Shown: one piece after another, positions 1 through 12,260 of the stretch | Position numbering within the stretch: position 1 is the stretch's first letter | Layout: each line of letters starts with the position of its first letter | Source of the DNA: Octopus vulgaris | Lineage: Eukaryota | Assembly (NCBI GenBank): GCA_951406725.2 | Contig: OX597818.1 | Span: forward strand, 33,356,001 to 33,420,000 | Direction: 5' to 3' | DNA: 64,000 bases | Notes under the pieces: generated by a model | What the model was told of the DNA's origin: nothing | Seen by the model: the letters and a program-made list of their open reading frames with translations, nothing else | Databases searched by the model: none | Position numbers and translations under genes: made by a program

Positions 1-720
1 TACAAGTGGAAAACAATGAAAGGGCTAGTACCCAATTTTGGCATCAAGTGTTATATTAATGCTTGTAGTGGATGCCATTGGAGGCGCAATGGCCCAGTGG
101 TTAGGGCAGCGGACTCGCGGTCATAGGATCGCGGTTTCGATTCCCAGACCGGGCGTTGTGAGTGTTTATTGAGCGAAAACACCTAAAGCTCCACGAGGCT
201 CCGGCAGGGGATGGTGGTGATCCCTGCTGTACTCTTTCACCACAACTTTCTCTCACTCTTACTTCCTGTTTCTGTCGTACCTGTATTTCAAAGGGCCAGC
301 CTTGTCACGCTGAATATCTCTGAGAACTACGTTAAGGGTACACGTGTCTGTGGAGTGCTCAGCCACTTACACGTTAATTTCACGAGCAGGCTGTTCCGTT
401 GATTCAGATCAACCGGAACCCTCGTCGTCGTAACCGACGGAGTGCTTCCAAGTGGATGCCATTGCATAGTATCGAAGGCACCGTCCAATGCATTTAATAT
501 AAGAACCAAGTACTGCAATAGCCTAGGGTTCAGAGGACCACAGCTCTTAATGCTCTGCCAAAACAATTGAGAAACTTAAAAGATAGAGATCTGGAAATCA
601 TCAAAAAGAAACTGGACACTTTCCTATCCACAATACCAGACCACCCAATGGCTCGACATGTGACACAGTTGAGGGCAGCAGTGAAAGGACATAGTCCTTA
701 TGCTCAAAGAGGTGACATAG
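1..720 (+). mobile_element. Decayed CR1/L2-group LINE 3' end (RT C-terminus), interrupted by a SINE
   Basis: After the SINE the sequence translates as ...LNALPKQLRNLKDRDLEIIKKKLDTFLSTIPDHP, a typical LINE ORF2 C-terminal motif (FKxxLDxFLxxIPDxP); stops and frameshifts present. Confidence 0.6.
81..450 (+). mobile_element. tRNA-derived SINE, family A (full length)
   Basis: A-box TGGCCCAGTGG, B-box GGTTTCGATTCCC; 14-bp TSD AGTGGATGCCATTG at 67-80 and 451-464; near-identical copies at 2578, 46741 and 57609. Confidence 0.92.
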
Positions 721-1010
721 TTCAAATATTTCCAACAGAGTCGTAGGCGCAAAAATAACCCAAGTAGCCATGTAGTGGTCTTCTACTGAGCGACTGATAT
801 TAGACCTAGATGCAAAAGCTGGAACATTTCTGTCAATAAACCACCGAGAAGATGAATGGAAAATTTGATGCCGGACGGATTTGAAAGCAGAAAGTGACAT
901 GAATCTAAACTTTTGATTTAATGAGCTAGCTCATCAAACTAACCTGCTTACACCTCCTCTGTCAGTACTTTCTATATTTATCTATCTACCTATAATACAT
1001 ATACATGTAA

Positions 1011-1018
<8 letters not shown>

Positions 1019-1068
<50 letters not shown>
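1019..1068. repeat. (TA)n microsatellite
   Basis: Perfect dinucleotide run. Confidence 0.95.
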
Positions 1069-1070
<2 letters not shown>

Positions 1071-1329
1071 GTATATAGTTTACAGTTTATTTAAATTAAG
1101 TTAACGGAAAGGTACGCCGCACACTGTGAGCTAGATATTATTTAATGTACAAAGTATACAGTTACGAGCAACTAATAGTTTCATCCATTGCTGATGTAGC
1201 GCAGTTGCGACCAGAAGTTTTCAGCAAGTGCAAACATATGGATAAATAACTGTTGGCAAATTGGAATTCACCACCCACTTCAAATTAAGCAGCTGTTCCA
1301 CAGATTGTGGACCCCTCTCCGTTGATTCA

Positions 1330-2520
1330 TTCTACAACACTAGCTTTATCAAGGTTTTACAGTCAAAAGAAACATAACTCTAATCTTCTTTTATCTTTCT
1401 TTCACTTTTCTGGTTTTCTTTTTCCAGCCTTCCAAATTTTTCTCGTAGTTTTCCTTGATCTAGCATCCTGATTTCTAAATTGTTCAGGCAATGTGCTCAG
1501 TGACATGATAATTGTTTGGAAACACAAGGTGTGTTTTAATGAAACAACCTAGACTGTGAATTATAAGGTAGGGGGTTCTATTACGATTGACTAATAGGAT
1601 TTACGCTGTGTATTTTGCGCTTTAAGGTCGTGGATACGCGTAGCTAAAGATGTAGAGAATTTGGTTTTAGTATTAAGGGAATCCATATATGCGCGATATC
1701 TATTCTTAAAATCTATAGTACTCTCTGCATATATCATTGCTTGGTGATTGTGAGGTGCTGACACAATGCATTTGTATATGACATTTTTGCTTAGGCAAAA
1801 TCCTTCAAGAAGGCATAAATTGGGTACACGAGAGTTACAAGATTTTTTGTTATAGAAATAGTGTCGCTCAAGTGAGTTTAATCCAGGTCGGCAGGTGACC
1901 GGCAGGCGTAAGTCCAAGTCGGAGCCCACAACACAACCGGACTAGATGGCTCCGCCGCAGCTAGTATTCACTATTCGGAGATCTAGATTTCGAGCTACTT
2001 CCAACCCTCCAGAACCACGCATTATAGGAGAGATGCCAGCAGCCACGGTACCACCAAACTCCTTATTCATTAGGGGCGCCGTACAAGGATTCACACGTTC
2101 AACCGTCCTTCCTTGGAGTTTGATTTTTATTAAGAGCAGATATAACAGATCTGAGGTTAGGCGTGGTGGAGTACGATATTTTTATTGAAGATTTCTTAAA
2201 TATAGAATAGTATTTATACTGCGGCGGAAAATTTGATTTAAAAATTTTAAAGAATTTTGGTAGAGATTTGACCCTGAGGAAGAAGAGTAGAGCGAACCAT
2301 ATGATTTCACGTTTACTAGATATAAGTTTTTTTTTATCGATATGCTTATAATGCTTTGAGATTTACAATTACCATTGGAACGCGCTTGCGTATGTGATTT
2401 GAAAAAGGTTAACTTATTGTGCTAGCTGACTGGTGAGATGAAGATGTCAAATTCATGCTGTCAGGGTTACTATCTGGAAAGAGATGTGCTAATTTGTTCT
2501 TGAACTTAGTATTGTACATA
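1330..2520 (-). mobile_element. Penelope-like retroelement remnant (RT thumb/linker + GIY-YIG endonuclease), pseudogenised
   Basis: Minus strand reads KREIIWF...KIFKSNFPPQYKYYSIFKKSSIKISYSTTPNLRSVISALNK, then SCNSRVPNLCLLEGFCLSKNVIYKCIV...IYAESTIDFKNRY...STSLATRIHDLK (ORF 1591-1929), matching PLE linker and GIY-YIG motifs. Confidence 0.8.
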
Positions 2521-2577
2521 TGGCAGATTTTTTTCTTGGAAGCCGCTTATATATGTATATACAGGCGCATAGATATA

Positions 2578-2960
2578 TGGAAGCACTCCGTCGGTTACGA
2601 CGACGAGGGTTCCGGTTGATCCGATCAACGGAACAGCCTGCTCGTGAAATTAACGTGTAAGTGGCTGAGCACTCCACAGACACGAGTACCCTTAACGTAG
2701 TTCTCGGGGATATTCAGCGTGACACAGAGAGTGACAAGGCCGGCCCTTTGAAATACAGGTACAACAGAAACAGGAAGTAAGAGTGAGAGAAAGTTGTGGT
2801 GAAAGAGTACAGCAGGGATCACCACCATCCCTTTCCGGAGCCTCGTGGAGCTTTAGGTGTTTTCGCTCAACAAACACTCACAACGCCCGGTCTGGGAATC
2901 GAAACCGCGATCCTACGACTGCGAGTCCGCTGCCCTAACCACTAGGCCATTGCGCCTCCA
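2578..2960 (-). mobile_element. tRNA-derived SINE, family A
   Basis: Reverse complement of 81-450; 12-bp TSD CGCATAGATATA at 2566-2577 and 2961-2972. Confidence 0.92.
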
Positions 2961-3733
2961 CGCATAGATATATACTTATATACTGTATCTATAAATTATA
3001 TGTTTCTGCTCAAGAGTTTCAGTGCGCGCGTTTCTATGTCTGTGTGTCTGTGCGTCTGTTCTAGTGTTAATCTTTTTTAGTGTTACAGAGAATCTGTTGC
3101 AATGTGCATAATGCATAACTATACACTTCTATGTATACGCGAACATAGGCGCTATTGTGTCCACACATATGAAAATACGAATTTGTATAATCAAATATAC
3201 AAATATTTAGAAATTCTGTAGAATGTAAGATAAGATTCATGGCATGTTTTCCTGGCTATAGTTAAATATTTCATTCTGCACCTATGTGGCCTGTATGTAG
3301 AAGCTTTCTTGTGAACGGAGACGTAAATTTTACATATTATATAAGTGATACGCGCCGTGGCATTTTTAGTAGCCTGGAGCGGTCTCAGTGAGAAATTCAC
3401 GGTAGTTAACATTATTGAATCGATCGAAAATTCTTAACTTGATGAAATCTCGTTTGATTGCTAATTAGCCTTTTGCACAACATGGTTACTGCTTAGGGCA
3501 AGTAACTCAAAGGCAGTGTTCTGTTTATTCAGCATACAAAAGCTGTGAACTATTGGCTGTATGAAATTATCAATCAACTTCTGCAGGTTATGTCTCATTT
3601 ATTAACGGTGATGATTATCTGTTGCTAGTGATAGTAGAAGAATTTTAATCAAATACTTTTTAAAGAAACGTGCCTACTACGGCAACTCGATACACAAATC
3701 TAATCAAAGATTGACGCTACGTGTCACATAGTT

Positions 3734-3767
<34 letters not shown>

Positions 3768-3934
3768 TCGTGATAAAGAAATTTTTACAATCCGGTTTCG
3801 ATTAGCGACATTAAATAAATTAAAGTCCTGGAGGCTCCATAAATTTTTGATAGCTGCTCATTATATGATTGTATAGGTGTCAATATAAATTTAAGCCTAT
3901 ACACAGAAACATGAACACGGATAAAAACCCCCAC

Positions 3935-3979
<45 letters not shown>

Positions 3980-3984
<5 letters not shown>

Positions 3985-4580
3985 GCATCGGTTGTCACAC
4001 TATACGGCTTCACCTGCATCTCTATCCTTTTTGTTCATCAGGTACATGGTTGATATTTCCTGTTCCTGTATTGCAAACGCATACCCATCAAAGAAGGCGG
4101 TAGTGATCCGGGTATTGGTCCATCATGAACTACTTTGATGATCGATGTTACTATCATCACGGAACTTTCTAGTAACATATCCATGCATATACGTCTGCTC
4201 ATATAGGCTACGTTGCGGTAGAATTCTGCGACTTCTTTGGGAAAGTATTATAGGTTATCAGACAAAGAGTGTTGCTCAAGGAGCTACCTTCCATGACTTA
4301 TGGTGTTATCAGCCTCATGAATGCAAGCTTGGTCAAGGGATGCACTTCAACGCTTGGCGGTTAAAAGATGTTGCCGAAGGGATATGATGCGACATTCAAA
4401 GACATTTTGGATCGAAGTTAAGCCTCTTCCTCCTTGTTTTCCTTTCAGATAGAGGCGATCTACATCACTGCTTATGTGGAAATTATGTGTTCTTATTAGT
4501 ATTTTTCGGGTTTTCACATCAATGGGTTGGATCTCATCAAGCAGCCCAAATGTTGGTATCAGTACTGGCACTGCATACAA
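3980..4580 (-). mobile_element. R4/Dong-clade non-LTR retrotransposon RT fragment
   Basis: [26 protein letters not shown]...SSDVDRLYLKGKQGGRGLTSIQ contains the SDVDRLY...GGRGL motif of R4/Dong ORFs; flanked by (TA)n and (TATG)n. Confidence 0.75.
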
Positions 4581-4663
4581 ATGTATGTATGTATGCATGC
4601 ATGTATGTATGTATGTATGTATGTATGTATGTATGTATGTATGTATGTATGTATGTATGTATG

Positions 4664-4714
<51 letters not shown>

Positions 4715-4744
4715 GTATGTATGCATGTATGTGTGTATGTATGT
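4581..4744. repeat. Compound (TATG)n/(TA)n microsatellite
   Basis: Seen directly; it produces several spurious ORFs. Confidence 0.95.
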
Positions 4745-4988
4745 AAGACGACAAACAAGTAGAACCGTTACCCCACAGAGTAAATTAATTAGTGGTATTT
4801 TGTTCGTCTTTCGGTCCTGAGTTCAAATTCCGCCCAGATCTACTTTGCTTTTATCCTTTAGAGGCTGATAGAAGAATAACAGTTGATCACTGAGGTCGAT
4901 GTAATTGCTTTATTCCCTCACATGAAATTGCTGGCATTGTGCCAAAATTTGGAACCTAAATATATGTGCTTATATATATATATATATA

Positions 4989-5294
4989 TGCACCTCCAGC
5001 AATATCATCCATTGCATCTCCTGCTCTCTCTGCCATTCCCTGTACATCGGACAAACGGGACGCCGCTTCGCTGACCGGTTCGCGGAACACCTCCGAGACA
5101 TCCGCCTTGCCAACGACACACCGGTCTCACGCCATTTCCGCTCCACCGGTCACTCCTTGCAACACCTGTCTGTGTTCAGATTGTCCTTGCACAGAGGCCA
5201 TCCGGATTCCCGTTTGCGCCGTGAACAGAGATTAATCTTCTCTCTTCGCTCTTTTACGCCATTTGGTCTCAACTCTCCCTCCCTTTTCATCTAA
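4989..5294 (+). pseudogene. GIY-YIG endonuclease domain of a 5'-truncated Penelope-like (Neptune-type) element; open frame without a start codon
   Basis: Manual translation: CTSSNIIHCISCSLCHSLYIGQTGRRFADRFAEHLRDIRLANDTPVSRHFRSTGHSLQHLSVFRLSLHRGHPDSRLRREQRLIFSLRSFTPFGLNSPSLFI*; YIGQT, R..EH, HF...H, RE..LI and GLN motifs. Confidence 0.88.
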
Positions 5295-5980
5295 CCCTCC
5301 CTTTTTTCATCTAACCTCCCCCCGACTCCTACTTCTCTTCAGTTCTTCATCTTTTCACCCCTACTGTCTTTCCCTCCTCTTCCCTCTTTTCCCTTCATCC
5401 CTCTTCTTCTTTCTTCTTTCTTCTTCCCTCTTCCCCCTCTCTCTTTCTCTCTGCTCCCTCACTCCTCTTCTCTTCCCCCTCATCCACCTCATCCTCCCCT
5501 ATCCGCCTCCTCCACCTCCTCCTCCCCTATCCCCCTCATCTCCTCTCTCTCCCCCCTCCTCTCTCTTCTCTCCCCCTCTCACTTTCCCCACAACTCCCAC
5601 TCTACCCTAACCCCTAGCCGAACCCACACCCCACATGGGCTTTCCCCACTCTCGCCCCCCACCTCCCTACATTACAACACACTACACTACACCATACGAC
5701 ATTACACATCACATCATACATACATACACACGTCCAGACCACCAGCCCTCTTTCACATGCACATACATACTCTCTTATGCACACATGCACCTTCATGTTG
5801 GGGCGAGGTCACTTGACCCTGTTATCTCCCCTACTATGCCTCTAGCGTCTAACGTCTGACCTCTAACGTTTGACCTCCGATCTCTGACTTCTCCTGAAAT
5901 CAGAACGCCATGTTGGATCGTTAGCCCCTACACGCAATTTTTTTCTCTCCTTGCTTCTCTCCTTGTTTCTTTTCTGTGTA

Positions 5981-6018
5981 TCTTTTTGTCGAAGAGCGTA
6001 GGCTCGAAACGTAAAAGA
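5981..6018 (+). ncRNA. Minimal type I hammerhead-like motif (variant core)
   Basis: TCTTT-TTGTCGA-A-GAGC gtag GCTC-GAAA-CGTA-AAAGA; stem I TCTTT/AAAGA, stem II GAGC/GCTC, palindromic ACGT stem III. Confidence 0.5.
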
Positions 6019-6125
6019 CTTGTTTTATTTCTATTCCTGAGCGCCATACTAATACAATTGTGTACTCCACCTGCCTTCGTCTTTTGTTTATTTTCGTAAA
6101 CCTTCCCGTTATATATATATATATG

Positions 6126-6199
<74 letters not shown>

Positions 6200-6533
6200 T
6201 ATATATATGGAAGAGGATTTGAAAGTAATGCAGAGTTCTTTTAAAGATGTTTATTGGCTTGACCAGTTTCACTTAAAAAAAAACGATTTTCAAAAGTACA
6301 GTGTAAGGCTTTGTATAGCCTTTGTGTTGTTAAAAATTAGTTAACATAGTTGTATTAAAATACAGTGAAAGAGTCTTTGACAATGATATGAGAAGGTTAA
6401 GAAATAGAATCTTTAACAATGATAAGAAAATGTTAAAAGAGGCTTTGTGTTTAAATAGTTTGTATAAAAGTGTTCAAAGTAGGCAAGTAAAATAAGTTCA
6501 AAGTAGGCAAGTAAAATAAGTACACAAACATAT

Positions 6534-6593
6534 ATATAGTGTATTTAAGATCTAGTCTTTCTAGAGAAAGACTAGATCTTAAATACACTATAT
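6534..6593. repeat. Perfect palindrome (29-bp arms, 2-nt loop)
   Basis: ATATAGTGTATTTAAGATCTAGTCTTTCT ag AGAAAGACTAGATCTTAAATACACTATAT. Confidence 0.95.
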
Positions 6594-6674
6594 TTCTCTG
6601 TGTGTGTGTATATACATACACACACACATACACATACACGAGCATACACACGCCCACATATATATTTATGTATA

Positions 6675-6873
6675 CAGGGTGGTTTACAGTTATTCAACTA
6701 TCTCGTTCGCATGTATATATTAACAGTTTAGATCTTAATTATGAAAAAAAATATGAAGCCATTATTCTATGCTAATTTAGTTAATTGTAAGATAGAAATT
6801 TAAATATAAAATGTTTTAAAAGAAATTTAAATTGTCTACGTTATAACTGTAAACCTGCTTTTGGGCCACCCTG
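6675..6873. mobile_element. Tc1/mariner-type MITE
   Basis: Termini CAGGGTGG...CCACCCTG flanked by TA, with subterminal inverted repeat GGTTTACAGTTAT/ATAACTGTAAACC. Confidence 0.65.
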
Positions 6874-6879
6874 TATACA

Positions 6880-6934
<55 letters not shown>

Positions 6935-7083
6935 CATGTGTGTAGCTTTGTATATTAATGTACACGTGGGGTAAGTGGAACATCTAAAATTTGAACAGGA
7001 ATGATCACAAACTTCATATCTTGTTTTGATTCAGTGATGAGAGAGTTTATGTGGTTCGGCACCACTATGAAACCGAGTGTTGT

Positions 7084-7302
7084 ACTCTACTCTTTTACTT
7101 GTGTCAGTCATTTGACTGTGGCCATGCTGGAGCACCGCCTTTAGTTGACAAAATCGACCCCAGGACATTCTTTTTAAGCCTAGTACTTATTCTATCGGTT
7201 TCTTTTTGCCGAACTGCTAAGTAACGGGGACGTAGACACATCAGCATCGGTTGTCAACCGATGGTGGGGAGATAAACACAGATACAAATAACAAACACAT
7301 AT

Positions 7303-7363
<61 letters not shown>

Positions 7364-7529
7364 GATATATATTCGACAGGCTTTCAGTTTTCGTCTACCA
7401 AATCCACTCACAAGGCTTTGGTCGGCCCGAGACTATAGCAGAAGACACTTGCCCAAGGTACCACGCAGTAGAACTGAACCCGGAACCATGTGGTTGGGAA
7501 GCAAGCTTCTTACCACACAACCACCCCTG
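7084..7529 (-). mobile_element. tRNA-derived SINE, family B (CORE-like, with internal microsatellite)
   Basis: Head GTGTGGTAAG...GGTTCAGT, CCTTGGGCAAGTGTCTT core and GTAAAAGA tail; homologous to 18236, 25855 and 32163. Confidence 0.88.
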
Positions 7530-7537
7530 AATAATAT

Positions 7538-7736
7538 GCTATTCTACTCTAGGTACAGGGCCGAAATTTTTGGGGAAGTGGTCAGTCAATTAGATCGACC
7601 CCAGGACGTAACTGGTACTTAATTTATCGACCCCGAAAGGATGAAAGGCAAAGTCGACCTCGGCGGAATTTGAACTCAGAACGTAACGACATTTCGCCCG
7701 GCGTGCTAACGTTTCTGCCAGCTCGCTGCCTTTGTA
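7538..7736 (-). mobile_element. tRNA-derived SINE, family C
   Basis: B-box GAGTTCAAATTCC, central GCCTTTCATCCTTTCGGGGTCGATAAA; 12-bp TSD CCTGAATAATAT at 7526-7537 and 7737-7748. Confidence 0.85.
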
Positions 7737-9112
7737 CCTGAATAATATCGTTCGATATTATTCAGAAACAAGTTAATATAGCGAAGAATGTTTATTTGTA
7801 TATTTGTTGTACAGTTTTTTTGTTTTTTTTTTGTCTAGCAGATAGACCGACTTCATAGAGGCTAATTAGATATGTAAACAGTTTTTTTCTTTCATTTACT
7901 TATGCACAATTCGAATCTGATTCTTTCTTCATTTTGCAGAAATAAAATCTCTTTATATGACCAGGAATTTTATTTCATTTTAAGTTTTAAATCACTCGCA
8001 TCTCTATTTCTTCTGTTAACAGCATTGCTTTTATTATTGAAACTGAAGATTTAAACCTAATACCAACAGAATCTCCTTTCCTTTGTTACTCTGTTGAAAG
8101 GAGCAGAAATGCAAAGTATTATGTGAAAATATTTGTTTATTTGATGAGAAATTTGATTTATTTACATAAAGAAAATTAAACATCGAAGACATAAGACCTG
8201 CAAGTGTAATATGTTTGTTTTCTGGTTTATGCAGGTACAGTGTGGTGTTGTGTTACTGCGATGGTGGATTGAGCTAAAAGAGAAGCAAAGTAATCGCCAT
8301 GTTAATGAGATTGAAGCATTACAAATTTAGGCCATAAAAGATCGTTTGCAACTTTGATAATTTGCTACAGGCATAGAAATAATCCTAAGAATGAAGAGAT
8401 GAAAGAATGAGAAACTTAAAGAAGGATAAATTCTGATTGGAAGGAATGATGGTTCTGAATGCCAATTCTCCGTAGGTGGAATAAAACTTGATATCGGCTG
8501 CCAATTCACCTTATATTTGGTATTCTATTTCTGCAGAGAGTTGCGTGAAATATTATCCATTAAAATTCACTAGAGAAATATTTCGAAGGTTTCTTCAACG
8601 CTGCCAATATATGCACGAGTATGTAAATGTATAAGATTGTGAGAATACATTGATAGTTCATGGAAGTGCGTTTAAATTTCTTGTACATACTTGCATATTT
8701 GTGAGTTCAAGTGCGCATAACCATACGTTTCTTCCTACGTGTACCTGTGAGAGCTTGAGAACACACACCTATGTGAGTGTATGTGAGTGTATGTGTGCTT
8801 CTAGAATACCCATGTGTAAGTCTAATTTGAAGAGAGAATTGATATTGATTAAATTAAGAAAATCTATTTGAGTAATAGTGCGTTATATGTACTGAATATT
8901 TCTTTCACTATATACCTGGAATATTTACTTTAACAGGCACAAATATATACATACGCACTCACACGTATAGATACACACGTAAATATAATAATGAGTAGAT
9001 GAATGTAATCCGTTATTTCTGAATGCATGAGCAAGATTTCAGTTACGTTTACATGTGGTTGTCACAAATAGTGAAAAGCATGTTAATACACACACGTGTG
9101 TATATATATATG

Positions 9113-9213
<101 letters not shown>

Positions 9214-9249
9214 TGTGTCTGTGTGTGTCTGTATACACATATATATATG

Positions 9250-9383
9250 TTTCTTTCTGAGTTCCTTTCTGGGGAAGAGCGTAGGCTCGAAACGTTAGAC
9301 ATTTTTTCAATTCCCGAGCGTTATACTAATACATCTGTTTGTTTTCTACACCACCTGTCTTCGTCCTTTGTTTCGTGAATTCT

Positions 9384-9387
<4 letters not shown>
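9250..9387 (+). mobile_element. Solo Penelope-like terminal repeat with hammerhead-like motif (9264-9300)
   Basis: CCTTTCTGGGGAAGAGCGTAGGCTCGAAACGTT; homologous to 5906-6110; lies within TA/TG microsatellites. Confidence 0.7.
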
Positions 9388-9434
<47 letters not shown>

Positions 9435-9699
9435 CTTACATGACATATACATACATACATACATACATAATGTACATATGTTGTTGTGTACGTATGTAAA
9501 TAAGTAGTTAAGTATTCCCATGGATAGCACTCAGAGGTTCACAAGTAAAAGGAAAGACAAGCCTAATTTGTCAAATGTCTGCGATTTATGGAACTTGGAA
9601 CTTTAGTCACAATCCGTGCGAAAGATAGTTACTTTTGGTCGCTGATAGGATAACAGTTTCATTGATCAAGCTGAATCAAATGATGGAAACTAGCAAACT

Positions 9700-10780
9700 G
9701 CGAAACGTTATTAGAATGTTAATGCACCATCTAATAATTTGGCCAAGAACATTCATTCATAAGGGAAATAACTACTCGATATTTCCTGGTTTATCTTCTG
9801 AGACAATCTGCTGGATGTAACCCGAGAAAAAAAAATACCTGATATTGGATAACAGATAGAGTGCACTACAGATTACTTGTTCAGAAACTCCGTAGGCTAT
9901 TTGGGGATGTTGGACATCCCAGGCAGGTATAATCTTCAATTACGCTATTCATGATGGTGAGGCGGGGTTATTATCAACGATGTTCTTGATTATTCTGTGA
10001 AAGGTCATGTATTGTTTCAATTATCGTAAATCGACATGGCATGGAATATTGTTTAGCACGTCCCAGGAACCAAATCGCATTCAGTTTTTAGACATACTCT
10101 CCTTAGCAGATGGTGGTGGTAAGGTCTGAATAGTTTTATTCAGGTGTAGTGAATTTTCTTTATATCCAGCAGTTTTGGAAAAGCAAAAATCTCTTGAACA
10201 AATACGTGAATACTTTTGGCAATTGCAAGTAATTTGCTAGGGTAGGTAATGTGAAAGATTAGTTGCGCTGTATAATCGTTGAAGTAATGTTAGTACGAAG
10301 AACAGCTAACATTTCAAAAGCTTTTCATTAAGGAATCTCAGAATCTATACCATAGAAGTCCCAGAAACTTCCAGGCAACTTTTGTAGTAATATTTAATTC
10401 ATGAATGTGATTAGGCCCGAATAATCTTCATTTGTTTTTCTCCGGGTTATAATCACTGAGAAATTTATATATCCTAACATTTCAGAAAAAGCCTTTCTTA
10501 CAGGAGCCTCGATAGTGCAATGGTTTAACCTGTTGAAAATTTCCCTACTGGACGACAAGTAAAGGACACTGTTTACAGAGCTTTGTTTGGAGTCAGTTCT
10601 GCTCAACAAACCTAGAAATAATGCCAAGGAATATCCAAGAATAAATTCGATTCCCATCAATAATCTTTCTAGGTGGAATTATTTCACTTACATCATAGTA
10701 TTGTTTTCACATTCTTATAATACTTCTCATCTTAGTAAAGCATCCAGCCCTGCAATAAATTTCATCATCTGATGCAGTTT
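9700..10780 (-). mobile_element. Possible highly decayed LINE RT remnant
   Basis: Minus strand near 10200-10275 weakly resembles the YRPISLLxxLSKLLE motif; many stops. Confidence 0.3.
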
Positions 10781-11192
10781 ATCTCATAGAAATATAGTCT
10801 AACAGCTGTTAATATAAAATCACATACGATCCGAATGACGTCAAGGTTTCACTACGAATAAATTAATCATGTGTTTCGTACTCATAAAACTCTGGATTAA
10901 GACTACATAGGTAATTAACGGATTACCGTTAATTATATAGTCTATATATTGTACTGAGTGCACTATTTTTTTTGTTTTTGTCTGAACAAGCACCCATTTA
11001 CACTTATGCATCAAAATATATGTGTTTGTACACATACACATATATATGTATATAAATGTTTGTTCGTGTGGCATGTGTATGAATACGTTAATATGAAAAT
11101 ATTGTTTTATGTCTCTTTATGAAAACTTCAAAGGCAAAGCTCTAGCTTAAATATTGCTGGCAGATTTTGCTACAATTGTTTTGGCAATTCTG

Positions 11193-11303
11193 GCTATGCT
11201 GCAGAGACCTGAATAAGTGGATATCCGAAGGAGCAATATCTGGTGAATATGGAGGGTGGGGTAACACATCCCAGCCGAGCCGCAGCAATTTTTGTCTGGT
11301 TCC
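11193..11303 (-). mobile_element. Mariner transposase fragment
   Basis: Translates [37 protein letters not shown] (mariner HPPYSPDLAPSD motif). Confidence 0.9.
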
Positions 11304-11994
11304 ATAAACATCAAGTGCCGAGAATGAACTTTCTTATCTTCTATTTTAAAGGGTTACAGAATTAAAACAAGGTATAGGAACATAAACCTTCTTCCACGAA
11401 AAGATAGCTTAATCTGTACCCTAAATGGAGATGTAGTCAAATCCTATTTTATGAATTCAACAATGTTCTAAAATAAGTCGAAAGCTAAGCTATTATATAT
11501 CGGCACGAACTTTCCGGACAAGCCAATACTTTATTCGAAATGCACTGACTTTCACAGATGTGTAATTCCACTGCAGATATAGTAAGGCGAAGAATGTACC
11601 AACGCTAAAACATAAATTCTTGCATAGATTTTATATATAGTTGAACTCGTAACGTAAGAAACCTAAAGAAATGCAAGCTAGTATTTCTTCAAGCACAGTT
11701 ATGATTCAACAAGCTTACTGCAATGTCGTATCTAACAACAGCGCATCGAACTACGGTTAAACGTTGTCAACATTAATTAAAGTGTATTGTCAATCATTAA
11801 AGAAAAGATAAAACATGGACATGAAAAGAATTCCACGCAGATTATATAAATTTAGTTCAATTAATTATCTTCCTGTTCTTCTCCATTAGTTATACTGCTC
11901 TTTGGTGTTTTCAGAATGTCCACAAGATACTTGATAGCAATTATACAGCAAGGCAATTCGAATTCATTGCAATTATCTAACTTTATTCCCATCT

Positions 11995-12165
11995 CTTCTT
12001 CTTCTTCTTCTTCTTCTTCTTCTTCTTCTTCTTCTTCTTCTTCTTCTTCTTCTTCTTCATTTTCTTATTTTTCTTCTCTTTCTTCTTTATTTCCCCTCCT
12101 TGTTCTTCCTCTTTTCTTCTTTTTCTTCTTCTCTTCCTTTTTTCCCTATTCTTCCATTTCTTCTT
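11995..12165. repeat. (TTC)n microsatellite and pyrimidine-rich tract
   Basis: Seen directly. Confidence 0.9.
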
Positions 12166-12260
12166 CAAATATACAACAGCTGAGTGTTTATACCTGTCAG
12201 GAAGGGGGGATTTCATATTGTGTGTATGTATACTGTATATATGTGTGTATACATATATAT

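Larger units (their letters stand above)
4989..6110 (+). mobile_element. 5'-truncated Penelope-like element: GIY-YIG, pyrimidine-rich 3' region, terminal repeat with hammerhead-like motif
   Basis: GIY-YIG frame, then a low-complexity region, then a ~200-bp repeat (5906-6110) that recurs at 9250, 19975 and 20973; bounded by (TA)n on both sides. Confidence 0.75.

Noticed and set aside
81-155. tRNA-Arg-like sequence as a tRNA gene
   Set aside because: It is a SINE head: no complete acceptor stem, it continues into the SINE body, and it is flanked by a TSD
211-402. Recurrent ORF MVVIPAVLFHHNF... (also 2625-2828 and 57626-57859)
   Set aside because: Chance frame inside SINE family A copies, not a gene family
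1160-1240. CTGAAAA...GAAACTATTA on the minus strand, downstream of the PLE remnant
   Set aside because: Position is suggestive but no stem I pairing could be found
8200-8560. Possible exon with TTATGCAG/TTCTGCAG acceptor-like sites
   Set aside because: No recognisable protein motif or consistent open frame with a donor site
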